From a virus (Duplodnaviria > Heunggongvirae > Uroviricota > Caudoviricetes): 64,000 bases of DNA. The stretch covers positions 5,058 to 69,057 of the IMG/VR virus record IMGVR_UViG_3300019845_000023; one strand, written 5' to 3'. The notes under the pieces are model-generated. The model was not told where the DNA came from. It ran no database searches and was given only the letters and a program-made list of their open reading frames with translations. Shown here piece after piece: positions 53,649 to 62,517 of the stretch (positions within the stretch are counted from its first letter, which is position 1; the number at the start of each line of letters is the position of its first letter). The position numbers were made by a program, and so were the translations under genes.

Positions 53649-53960
53649 TTAACGATACTGGTGATAGAAGGATTGAACGAATCTATCCCATTCCTTATTG
53701 ATAAGATTGCATATTTTCTCTGCATCCTTCTTATTCTTGAACACACAGTGAGGGAAACCTGTGCGACCCTTTATCGTGCCGCCATTGACAGCACAGTAGC
53801 GAAGATACTCAGGGTAAGTAAAACCGAGGAGTCTTGCGGCGAGGACGCCATATGAACCACGGAGAATTAAGTTTGGATTTTTGTCGTGAAAGTCTTCTGT
53901 AAGACCAATCGTATAATTGACAAGTTCACAGTCTTCACGAACTGTAAAAGCCTTTTCCAT
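53649..53960 (-). CDS. hypothetical protein
   Basis: ORF track. Confidence 0.45.
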   Translation of the reverse strand: MEKAFTVREDCELVNYTIGLTEDFHDKNPNLILRGSYGVLAARLLGFTYPEYLRYCAVNGGTIKGRTGFPHCVFKNKKDAEKICNLINKEWDRFVQSFYHQYR

Positions 53961-54499
53961 TAAAATACTCCTTCCGCATAATATTTTGTATTACAATATT
54001 CACAACTCATTGTACTTAAACTAATTGTGCCGCCGCAGCGTTCACAAGTAGGTACAGGTTTAAGTCCTTGTAACATAGGTATTTTCTTCTCCTCATCTTC
54101 TGGCTTTTTAATTCTCTTAACCCAGTCTTTACATAAGTCAACAAGAAGAGTTTCTCCCCCAAAACAACTGTCATTACACATCTCAAGGAAAGGAGCTCGT
54201 CCAACAGAGAAAGTATTTCTCCAAGGTATCTTATAGGAATAGAATTTCTTTTCCCAGTAGATGAGAATGAAAAGCTTCTCGTCGAAAAGATTAAGCTGTT
54301 GAAAAAGTTTTATTTTTCTGTCATATTCTCTTAATACAAATTCCTCTACCCTATCCATTTGCTGATGATGGCTAAGACCACAGACCATAGTTGCAGGATA
54401 ATCTTCTCTATATGGCCATTGTCCCATTTGAACTACTGGATAGCCATTAAATGTAACTATCTCATGAATAGCCTCATCATTAGTTTTAACACATCTCAT
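53960..54499 (-). CDS. hypothetical protein with C-terminal zinc ribbon
   Basis: CERCGG...CEYCN. Confidence 0.5.
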   Translation of the reverse strand: MRCVKTNDEAIHEIVTFNGYPVVQMGQWPYREDYPATMVCGLSHHQQMDRVEEFVLREYDRKIKLFQQLNLFDEKLFILIYWEKKFYSYKIPWRNTFSVGRAPFLEMCNDSCFGGETLLVDLCKDWVKRIKKPEDEEKKIPMLQGLKPVPTCERCGGTISLSTMSCEYCNTKYYAEGVF

Positions 54500-54819
54500 C
54501 AGAATATCTCCCTTCTCAGAGCTTCAAGTTCAGCCCTTTCAGTTGCATCTATAGAGCAAGTCTTAAGAAGTGCTTCAGGAACGCCGCAACTTTGTGCAAT
54601 TAAATCATTAATCTTCATAATGAAGCCGCCACAATCATTCGCTTCCTTATCAAAAGTTATCTGAATACGCTGTGACTTAGGAACGTAGTCAGGAATTATA
54701 TACTTGCTTACTGTGCTAACTGAACGTCCTACAGCTTCAGCAACCCTTGCCTTTACTTTAAATTCACAATAAAGCTCGTTAATAAGCTCTATCTCTTCCT
54801 GTGTAACTTTATTAGCCAC
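54499..54819 (-). CDS. HTH DNA-binding protein (sigma region-4 / LuxR-like helix)
   Basis: ARVAEAVGRSVSTVSKYI. Confidence 0.45.
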   Translation of the reverse strand: MANKVTQEEIELINELYCEFKVKARVAEAVGRSVSTVSKYIIPDYVPKSQRIQITFDKEANDCGGFIMKINDLIAQSCGVPEALLKTCSIDATERAELEALRREIF

Positions 54820-55033
54820 AATACCTCTCTCCTTTCGACTTCACAAATTCACGAAATTCCTGTTTATTTTTTAAGTTCATTTCTTCTCTTGGATTCTTAT
54901 TATCAGACATAATGAATATAGGTTCTTCATCAAGATTCAAGCCTGTCACTCTATTCGCAAGGATTTCAATGTTTTTAGCTAAGAGTGAGGCGATATGTCC
55001 GCTATCGTTAGCAGAAACAATAGCTACTCTCAT
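54812..55033 (-). CDS. hypothetical protein
   Basis: ORF track. Confidence 0.45.
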   Translation of the reverse strand: MRVAIVSANDSGHIASLLAKNIEILANRVTGLNLDEEPIFIMSDNKNPREEMNLKNKQEFREFVKSKGERYCG

Positions 55034-55034
55034 A

Positions 55035-55292
55035 TTATTCCTCCCTTTCCTTTAACCAAGCTGACTTACCAGTCTTGGAAATGTAAAGCCAGTTCTCCAT
55101 CATTTCTCCTTCAGGATAGCCCTCGACTAACTTTACCTTTAAATCGAGATTAGCTGTCTGAGAGAGAAACTCTTTTTTCTTCATTTTAATTGAATGTTCT
55201 TTTTCTTCGCCGTAGGAATTGACTGTTGTAATCATAAGATTAAAACGTGAAGCCAAAGCCTGCTCAGCGAGGACTCTATTTGTTCCCGTCAT
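55035..55292 (-). CDS. hypothetical protein
   Basis: ORF track; promoter 55308-55360. Confidence 0.5.
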   Translation of the reverse strand: MTGTNRVLAEQALASRFNLMITTVNSYGEEKEHSIKMKKKEFLSQTANLDLKVKLVEGYPEGEMMENWLYISKTGKSAWLKEREE

Positions 55293-55307
55293 TCTAATCT
55301 CTCCTTT

Positions 55308-55360
55308 ACTTTTATAATAATATTATACTATAAAATATAAAAAAAGTCAAAGCTTTTTTA
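55308..55360 (-). promoter_or_regulatory. promoter block; -35 lies inside a terminator hairpin
   Basis: same motif. Confidence 0.5.
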
Positions 55361-55369
55361 GCTTTGACT
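55340..55369 (-). terminator. terminator hairpin overlapping promoter -35
   Basis: GUCAAAGC-UAAAAAA-GCUUUGAC then U7. Confidence 0.5.
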
Positions 55370-55395
55370 TTCTTAAATCAGTTTTCATTTGCTTC

Positions 55396-55710
55396 CTAAT
55401 TAGAAGTATCTTCGGCAGGCGTTGCTTCTGAGAAATTAAGGAAGAGACTGTCGTCAATACAATTGACTATTTTTGTAACTCTACCTCCCTCATCTACATC
55501 AAACTGAACAACCTGTCCATTGAGGTTTTCCCAGTTTGGTGTGTCTGCCGCCTGAAGGATACCTGCGATTCCATTTAAGTCTTGTATTATAATTGGACCT
55601 ACGGGATAATGCTGCTCTTTAGTTGCAACTACAAGCTATACTCCCATTACCCATTCGTCACCGTTCTTTGCAAGTCCAAGATATGTACCAGTAATCTTAC
55701 CATTCATCAT
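55396..55710 (-). CDS. hypothetical protein read through an in-frame TAG at codon 25
   Basis: ATG 55710 with AAGGAGG RBS; TAG 55636-55638; 80 further sense codons with no internal start; terminal TAG 55396. Confidence 0.45.
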
Positions 55711-55725
55711 TAGAAAATCTCCTCC

Positions 55726-56436
55726 TTAGAAAATTGTTTCTTTACTATCATCTGCAATCATACGCACATCATCGTAAAGGATTATTCCGTCTGGAGTTAC
55801 CTTATCAACGTGGTAATGACCACAATAATGTTGTTTATAAATAGTTTCATTTAAAACCTTATCAAGCATAAGGTCAGATACAGTAGATTTGAAACCAAGA
55901 AAGTTACAAATCTTTGAGCCGCCAGTGTGAGAAAAGACATAATCTACTGTGCCGCGATAGCAAGAAAGATTAGCCTTTGCTATCTCAACTTCTTCCTCTG
56001 TTATTTGCTCCTGCTCCCACCAAGAGGTATGTGGATGACGATAACGCTTACCGTCAATAAATATATCGTGTGAGTCTGCCCCATTCATAACAAGACAATC
56101 CTGACCACACAGATGATATATTTTACCAGTCATAGCGTAGTAGATAGAATCAGAAACTTGATAGCACTCTTCGCCGCCGAATGTAGTGGTAGGAAGCTGT
56201 TCAATTCTGTCGTAGTTCTCGTGATTACCAAGGACACAGAAAGTTGTCCAAGGCTTATCGTTCAAAAACTTTTGCCAAAATCTCTCCTGAGAACTATCAG
56301 CCCAAATGAAACCTGCGTCTCCCATTATGACAAGAATATCTTCTTTAGTCAAATCATTACATTTAAAATGGCGGCTATTTAATTTTGACATATCGAGACC
56401 ACCGTGGGTGTCTCCTGTGACAAATAATCTTGCCAT
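55726..56436 (-). CDS. metallophosphoesterase
   Basis: GDTHG...MGDAGF...GNHE motifs. Confidence 0.6.
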   Translation of the reverse strand: MARLFVTGDTHGGLDMSKLNSRHFKCNDLTKEDILVIMGDAGFIWADSSQERFWQKFLNDKPWTTFCVLGNHENYDRIEQLPTTTFGGEECYQVSDSIYYAMTGKIYHLCGQDCLVMNGADSHDIFIDGKRYRHPHTSWWEQEQITEEEVEIAKANLSCYRGTVDYVFSHTGGSKICNFLGFKSTVSDLMLDKVLNETIYKQHYCGHYHVDKVTPDGIILYDDVRMIADDSKETIF

Positions 56437-56448
56437 AAAAATCTCTCC

Positions 56449-56712
56449 TTATTCGTGAATATAGTTGCCGTCGCCGCCCTCGATATTTATCCAAGGTTCA
56501 ACAACAGAATAAAGGTCATTATCACTCTCGAACCAGATGTCATCGCCCCACTCAGCGTGAGCCATTAAAACACCAAGAAAACTTCTTGCGTCGACTCTGT
56601 AACGACCATTGCTATGGACAAGCTCCATACGACTTTCATCATTTAAAAAGTTTAACTTTCTACTGAAAGCTTCAACGTCCTTATAACCATCGAGATAAAT
56701 TCTTACTCTCAT
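56449..56712 (-). CDS. hypothetical protein
   Basis: ORF track. Confidence 0.5.
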   Translation of the reverse strand: MRVRIYLDGYKDVEAFSRKLNFLNDESRMELVHSNGRYRVDARSFLGVLMAHAEWGDDIWFESDNDLYSVVEPWINIEGGDGNYIHE

Positions 56713-56825
56713 TCTCTTTCCTCCTTACTTAGAGTTGCCGAAGAAACCATCAAGGACAGCTTTAGTAAGGACATATACAATTATGCCAAATAATATCAAT
56801 CCCATTTGAATTTCTCCTTTCATCT

Positions 56826-56872
56826 TTTGATATAAAAATTATATCATAAAAGAAAGGGAAAGTCAAATAATT
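56826..56872 (-). promoter_or_regulatory. weak promoter variant
   Basis: TTGACT...TATAAT-like. Confidence 0.35.
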
Positions 56873-56874
56873 GA

Positions 56875-57906
56875 TTATCCCTTTCTGATGTTATATCCAT
56901 ACTGGTCGGAGTGATAAAATTCTATCCAGTATTTTTCTTTTTCGGTCTGTTCTTCTTTTGGGCAAACCTCTACGATTTCCCAAGTGAAGTTCTCCAAACC
57001 TTCTTTGAACATAGCGTCATAGATTTGACCAGCTATTCGTTCAATATTACAGCCGCGCTTAGCATGGGTACGCCAACGGTCTATAAACTTTGTTGTTTTA
57101 CCAATATAAACTTTTTCATCATTTATATTAGTAATCTTATAAATGCCGCCCTTATCTTTCTTGTCACCAAGAACTCGTTTAAAGAGCTCCTCTATTTGAG
57201 TTTTATAGTAAGTCTCATATAGGAGTTTATAAAAGATTTCTGGACGGGAGAAGCCAGGTGCCATAGACTTTAACTTAGCTATATCTGAAAGAGTTAAAGT
57301 ATCGAGAGTAATGTGATAGAAGTCGCGTTGCTTACGAACTTCCTCATCTTTCTTAAACTAAGCTACGATTGCCGCCTGTCTTTGTTCAAAGGCTTTAATT
57401 TCTTCAGTCAACGCCGCCTTTTTCAAATTTATTTCGTCGCTGAACGTCTAAAAATTTACAGCCAACTGCTCCTTATCTTTCTCATATTGAGCCTGAACAC
57501 CAGCTATCTTCTTTTCTCGTTCTGCTGTCGCCGCGGCAACGATTTCAGCATTTTCTTTTTGACGCTCAAGTTCAGCTTCCCTATCCATTTTAGCATACTC
57601 TTCACGAGTTGCTATATATTGTGCGTCAAGTCTTTGTACATCGGTATTATATTGAGCTTTCTTCTCTTCGAGCATACAGGTGTATTCTCTTAATGATGCC
57701 TGTTTTCCTGCAATCTCCTTTTGGATTTCATCCGTCATTTCCTTGACGGCGGCATCTTTCTTCTCAATAAGTCCTTTCTTAACTTTCTCCTATTCGGAAG
57801 AAAACTTTAGCTTACCTTTAAGAGACTTAACCGATAGAATATCGCAGACGGCATATGTAATGCCGCCACACACGATACCAAGTAATATGACCAATATCCA
57901 TATCAT
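56875..57906 (-). CDS. TM helix, coiled coil and GIY-YIG nuclease fusion read through three in-frame TAG codons
   Basis: ATGA overlap at 57906; TAGs at 57790-57792, 57448-57450, 57358-57360; no TAA/TGA over 344 codons; GIYKITN..YIGKT motif in C-terminal part. Confidence 0.5.
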
Positions 57907-58232
57907 TCAGTATTCACCCCTGAAGCTAAATCAATTCCCACTATAAATGGATATTGAGCAGATAGATTATAACCATGTCCATCTTTACATTGGGAGTTAA
58001 ATTTCTTGATATAAAAACTACGCCACTCATTTAATTTTTCGTTTGGAAATTCTCCTATTATATAAAATAGAAAATTCTCTTTCCCATACTTTTCCATTTC
58101 GTTGAGAAGTAAAGGATTTTCTTTTATTTCTTCTTTAATATAATGGCGATATATGATTTTAGGACTTTCAATTGTTTTACCCACATATATCTTTCCATTA
58201 ATTAAATTTTTAAGATAGTATAAGTATCCCAT
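57903..58232 (-). CDS. GIY-YIG homing-endonuclease-like protein
   Basis: YLYYLKNLINGKIYVGKT. Confidence 0.6.
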   Translation of the reverse strand: MGYLYYLKNLINGKIYVGKTIESPKIIYRHYIKEEIKENPLLLNEMEKYGKENFLFYIIGEFPNEKLNEWRSFYIKKFNSQCKDGHGYNLSAQYPFIVGIDLASGVNTE

Positions 58233-59053
58233 TACTCCATTTCAGCTCCACAGTCTGGGCAGTACTTAGTTTTCTCCTGAAATGCTCCTTCACATTCTGA
58301 ACACCAGTAATATGTACACATACCACTTGGAGTACTATCGTGCATTTTAGCCCATTCATATACATCTATCCAGCGACCCTTTGGACGCCAAGTAAATTCC
58401 TTAATAGGCTTATGTCTACCGCAGCAATCCTTTGCGCTTTCTGGACAAGCCTTAATCTGTCCTGCTTCACACTTAGGCACAAGAACAGTAGAAAGTATTG
58501 CCTTTTCTTCATCAGAAATCTGTCGTGCCGCCAAGACCTCTCTTGTCATACCATTGGCAACCTCATGGATTTCCTTTGAAGCTCTGCTACACATACGCTC
58601 ATTACAGAAGTGCATAAACGCTCTTAAATTAAAAGTAATATAGATTACTGTTGGAGTAGCATTAGGAAGAACGTCACGAGCATCTTCGGTTCTTACTCCT
58701 TTACCAATCATTAGTTTATACTCAGCAAGAGCATTGTCGCAGTAATAACTGAGTTCTTCTTTAAGTTCTGCTGGTACTCCATCTAATGCCCAGTCTAAAT
58801 CATCGTAAGTTACATAGCGCTGAGACTGTTGTGAATATGAAGCGATTCTATGTCTTACAATCTGATGAGAACAAACTCTTGAAATTCCTTCTACCCTAAA
58901 AGTAAATGAGCAATGTTCAAGAACAGAATGATGCCCCGAACGAATACAACCCTTTATAACATTAAGGTCAGGTTCACTATCATAACAAGCTGCTGCCGCC
59001 TCAGCACAAACATATAACGGATTAGGTGTATATCCTACAAGTGTTACTTTCAT
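58232..59053 (-). CDS. thyX: FAD-dependent thymidylate synthase ThyX with Cys-rich C-terminal extension
   Basis: RHRIASYSQQSQRY = ThyX RHRx7S motif. Confidence 0.7.
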   Translation of the reverse strand: MKVTLVGYTPNPLYVCAEAAAACYDSEPDLNVIKGCIRSGHHSVLEHCSFTFRVEGISRVCSHQIVRHRIASYSQQSQRYVTYDDLDWALDGVPAELKEELSYYCDNALAEYKLMIGKGVRTEDARDVLPNATPTVIYITFNLRAFMHFCNERMCSRASKEIHEVANGMTREVLAARQISDEEKAILSTVLVPKCEAGQIKACPESAKDCCGRHKPIKEFTWRPKGRWIDVYEWAKMHDSTPSGMCTYYWCSECEGAFQEKTKYCPDCGAEME

Positions 59054-59069
59054 TCTTTATCTTCCTCCA

Positions 59070-59627
59070 TTACTTCTCGCTTAGGTTTATTTCTTCATTG
59101 TTCATAGACTCAAATAAGATTGCATCATCAATCATACGCGAAACATCAGTATAAAGTATTGGAGTGTAATTCCAATGTTCCATACTGAGGTTCAAGATAT
59201 TGTTTTTGAATCTTTCCTTTTTCTTACTTAAAGACTGCGCCGCCGCATAGTATTTTACTTCATGACTTCCGAAGTTTCGTGGTTCTACGGCGATAATAGC
59301 TGGCTGTTCCTCGCCACATATCTCGCCAATTGTGTATCCACCGACACAGATGGTTCGTGAAATTCCAAAATTTAGCCATTTTTCTTTTGAAAAAAATCCT
59401 GATGGAAGGTCTTCCCCATAGTCGATTATCTCCAATGTGCCCGTGAGCTGCGATATGACTTCTTTTATTTTATCTTCACCAGCTTCTTTATTAACAAAGT
59501 TTCCGATAATAAGAGCAATATCATCTGGTTTTATAACCGAACGCCAGTTCTTAATTACTCTCTGTGTGATTTTCTCATCTGTCAATAGATTTGCGTCAGC
59601 ACAGATATAAACTTTTCCCATAGCCAT
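59070..59627 (-). CDS. hypothetical protein
   Basis: ORF track. Confidence 0.5.
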   Translation of the reverse strand: MAMGKVYICADANLLTDEKITQRVIKNWRSVIKPDDIALIIGNFVNKEAGEDKIKEVISQLTGTLEIIDYGEDLPSGFFSKEKWLNFGISRTICVGGYTIGEICGEEQPAIIAVEPRNFGSHEVKYYAAAQSLSKKKERFKNNILNLSMEHWNYTPILYTDVSRMIDDAILFESMNNEEINLSEK

Positions 59628-59644
59628 TTCCTCCTTTTCATTCT

Positions 59645-59687
59645 TTTATTAAATTATAACACAAATATTTTAAAAAGTCAAATAATT
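59645..59687 (-). promoter_or_regulatory. weak promoter variant
   Basis: TTGACT...TAATTT. Confidence 0.3.
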
Positions 59688-59821
59688 AAAAAAAAGAGTA
59701 GTCAATGACTACTCCTTTCGTTTGCGTGTTCCCATTTCGATATTTTCTGTTTTTGCCTTTTTACTTTTCTCGCTTACGCAATTGAGTTGCCAAGTCAATC
59801 ACATATCTTTTCTAATGGGTA

Positions 59822-60322
59822 TTAGATAGTGCGGAAGTGGTTATATTTTCCATCTCCCCACCATTGGTTGCAAGTCCAGCCTGCAAATGTGTCGGGGTTG
59901 TTAAAGTAATAATCTACAGCGTCTGCCATCGCTGAGTAATGGATTGAGCCGCCGCAGAAATAATCTGAATATTTATTAAATCCCCAAGGAGCACAAGTCT
60001 GGTCGAGTACTGCTTCAACCGAACCAGGCCAACGAGAATCATTTACCATATTCATTACTGAAGCTACGATTTTTGCTCTTTCGTAGACATCAGGCATTCC
60101 ACCGTATTCACTTGCGACAATCTTGCAAAGCAATGTGTAATCATAATCGCTAACTACAGGAGCGGTTGCATTGCTTACATACGGATTTACTATTTCTAAA
60201 TTTGGATTACATTCGCTACATTTTCTACACTCAATATCGTTTGTATCTGTGATTTCATAACAAGTTGAATCAACCCAGTGACAAGTTGACTTATGTATAT
60301 AGTGTGTACTTGGTTTGTACAC
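59822..60322 (-). CDS. SleB-like cell-wall hydrolase (candidate lysin)
   Basis: Cys-rich N-terminus; RWPGSVEAVL..QF..W motif. Confidence 0.4.
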   Translation of the reverse strand: MYKPSTHYIHKSTCHWVDSTCYEITDTNDIECRKCSECNPNLEIVNPYVSNATAPVVSDYDYTLLCKIVASEYGGMPDVYERAKIVASVMNMVNDSRWPGSVEAVLDQTCAPWGFNKYSDYFCGGSIHYSAMADAVDYYFNNPDTFAGWTCNQWWGDGKYNHFRTI

Positions 60323-60346
60323 TGTGTACTCTCTTGGTGTCTCTGC

Positions 60347-60757
60347 CTATGTTGGTGCCGCTTCAGTAACTTCGGCAGTTGTTACTGGTGCCGCCGGCTC
60401 AGTTTCTTCAACTGAGGAAGTGGATGTGCTTGTGAGTGTTGTAGTTGTGGATGTGCTTGTGAGCGAAGTTGTGGATGTGCTTGTGGTTGTAGTTGAGGTA
60501 ACAGTGGTAGCTGTTGTGACTGGAGTTGTTGTAACTACTGTTGTAGTTGTTGACTCAGTTATTTCAGTAACCATTGCCGCCTTTACTGGCAGGTTTGTGC
60601 CGTGAGCTTTGTCAGTTCTTACCACGGTAGGTGTCGCTAAACAAAGCACGACAGCAGCTGCAAGAACTGCTGTCGCAACCTGAATTGTTCTTTTTACAGT
60701 TATTTTCATTATAAATTCCTCCTTTTCGTCCTTGCGGACTATGAGGGGAACACGCAT
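60347..60757 (-). CDS. Thr-rich secreted (mucin-like) protein
   Basis: signal peptide; (T/S/V) repeats. Confidence 0.45.
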   Translation of the reverse strand: MRVPLIVRKDEKEEFIMKITVKRTIQVATAVLAAAVVLCLATPTVVRTDKAHGTNLPVKAAMVTEITESTTTTVVTTTPVTTATTVTSTTTTSTSTTSLTSTSTTTTLTSTSTSSVEETEPAAPVTTAEVTEAAPT

Positions 60758-60824
60758 TTATACCGCCCGTTTAGCGGACGGCGATATATTTAAGTAGAAA
60801 ATTATATAACCCCTTATATAAAAT

Positions 60825-61325
60825 TCATACTGAAATATCATTTTCAATTAAATCATCGAAGCCCCAAAAGACAATTCTTAATTTTTCTTCGGTAATATGA
60901 GCACAGTATCCTCGAACCCCTCTTACTGGAGTATGAAAAATAGCTGTGTAAACTACACCTTTTATTATTTCTTGTTCAGAATAAAGTTCTTTTAGTTCTT
61001 CAAGAATTTCAAGGTAATCATCTGGATTACTTAAATCATCATATGTGGATAAGTAATTTAATGCTACTGCAAACACGTCAAATGGCTCAGCCAAACCAAT
61101 AAAGGTACGTGGCTCTATTATAGGAACTTGTGCAAAGTATTCAGTAGGAATATCTACCTTAAACCCCGCTTCTCTTAGTTGCTTTTTAACTAAAGCAAGT
61201 AGAATAACTTTTTCTCCTTCTGATAAATTAAACATCGGAGTTTTACATTCTACCAAAGCCATATGTGCCGCGAGAGCAATTTCTATTACATAGTCCTCAT
61301 TATCACATAATACTTTCGTTTTCAA
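60825..61325 (-). CDS. hypothetical protein
   Basis: ORF track. Confidence 0.5.
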   Translation of the reverse strand: MKTKVLCDNEDYVIEIALAAHMALVECKTPMFNLSEGEKVILLALVKKQLREAGFKVDIPTEYFAQVPIIEPRTFIGLAEPFDVFAVALNYLSTYDDLSNPDDYLEILEELKELYSEQEIIKGVVYTAIFHTPVRGVRGYCAHITEEKLRIVFWGFDDLIENDISV

Positions 61326-62440
61326 AACTCAATCATCTCCGTGGTGGACTTATCAAAGATTCTGCCCGCCTCGGCTGATTTCGGAAGTGCTCTGTGACCT
61401 TTCTTAGTTCTTGGAGCAATAGCATTACACCAATATAATGCGTTCTCTGCTCTTGTTGCTGCGACGTATGAGATTTTACGTTCCTCTTCATTATAGAGAC
61501 GTGCGCCTGTAACAATTACATTTTTATTTTCAAGACCTTTAGCTGAATGAATAGTGAGAACCTTAACACGATTACTTGTTAAAAGTGCTGCGAGTTCATC
61601 CAAATCAAGGTCTCCCTTTTTAAAGGTGACGTTTGGAATTTTTCTACTGTTTAAAATATCCTGTGCCGCCGCAAGCTCATTATTGGTTCTGGTTAATATA
61701 AACCAAGAACCCCAGTTCTGTGAAAGCTCCAGTTCTTCAAGAGCTTCAATAAACGGCATACGCTCTTCTTTTCCTTCAAGAATACCTACCCTCGTTTTAA
61801 CTGGCATTGAACTTGGACTTAGCTTTGTGTAAGAGTCCAAGAAACTTTCTGCAAAGCGAACAATGTTTGGTGCATTGCGGTAGTTTTCAGTTAAGTAATA
61901 TTTTTTGAAATCGGTATCTTTCCACATAGAAATTAGGTATTCATCTGTACAACCTCGGAAGCCGTAGATAGCTTGTCTGTTATCTCCTACGAAAAAGATA
62001 TTTTCGGTTGGAATTTTCATTAAAAATTGATATTCCAGAGGGCTTAAATCCTGACACTCATCAATAAGTAAATGCTTGATTTTAGGAAACTTTGAAGAAG
62101 GTATCTTTACTGCCCTTAGAAGAATAGCATCAAAGTCATAATCGTCAAGATACTTTTGAGTATCAATGCCGTTAATAGTACAAATCTTATTACCATAAGA
62201 ATGGATAGTACCGATAAAAGCTCCTGATGCCGCCCCGCCTATACGACGTTTCATTTCATCAGCCGCCATATTAGTAAATGATATTGCAACTATATCTTGT
62301 GGAAAAACATTTTTTTCTTCTATTAGAACTCGAACCCTTTCAGTTAAAACTCTTGTCTTTCCGCAGGCTGCGGTTGCGAGGCATAGTATTTTAGGCTCTT
62401 CAGCATAAATAACTTTCTTTTGTCTTTCATTAAAATTCAT
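61322..62440 (-). CDS. UvrD/PcrA-like SF1 helicase (short form)
   Basis: Walker A AACGKT, LLIDECQD, IYGFRG, TIHSAKGLE. Confidence 0.65.
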   Translation of the reverse strand: MNFNERQKKVIYAEEPKILCLATAACGKTRVLTERVRVLIEEKNVFPQDIVAISFTNMAADEMKRRIGGAASGAFIGTIHSYGNKICTINGIDTQKYLDDYDFDAILLRAVKIPSSKFPKIKHLLIDECQDLSPLEYQFLMKIPTENIFFVGDNRQAIYGFRGCTDEYLISMWKDTDFKKYYLTENYRNAPNIVRFAESFLDSYTKLSPSSMPVKTRVGILEGKEERMPFIEALEELELSQNWGSWFILTRTNNELAAAQDILNSRKIPNVTFKKGDLDLDELAALLTSNRVKVLTIHSAKGLENKNVIVTGARLYNEEERKISYVAATRAENALYWCNAIAPRTKKGHRALPKSAEAGRIFDKSTTEMIEF

Positions 62441-62469
62441 TCATACCTCTCCTCCAATTTGATTACTGT

Positions 62470-62508
62470 AAACATTATACCACAAGAAAAAGAAAAAGTC
62501 AATCATTT
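62470..62508 (-). promoter_or_regulatory. weak promoter variant; -35 lies inside a terminator hairpin
   Basis: TTGACT...TATAAT-like. Confidence 0.3.
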
Positions 62509-62517
62509 AAGATTGAC
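62487..62517 (-). terminator. terminator hairpin overlapping weak promoter
   Basis: GUCAAUC-UUAAAUGAUUGAC then UUUUUCUUUUU. Confidence 0.45.
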
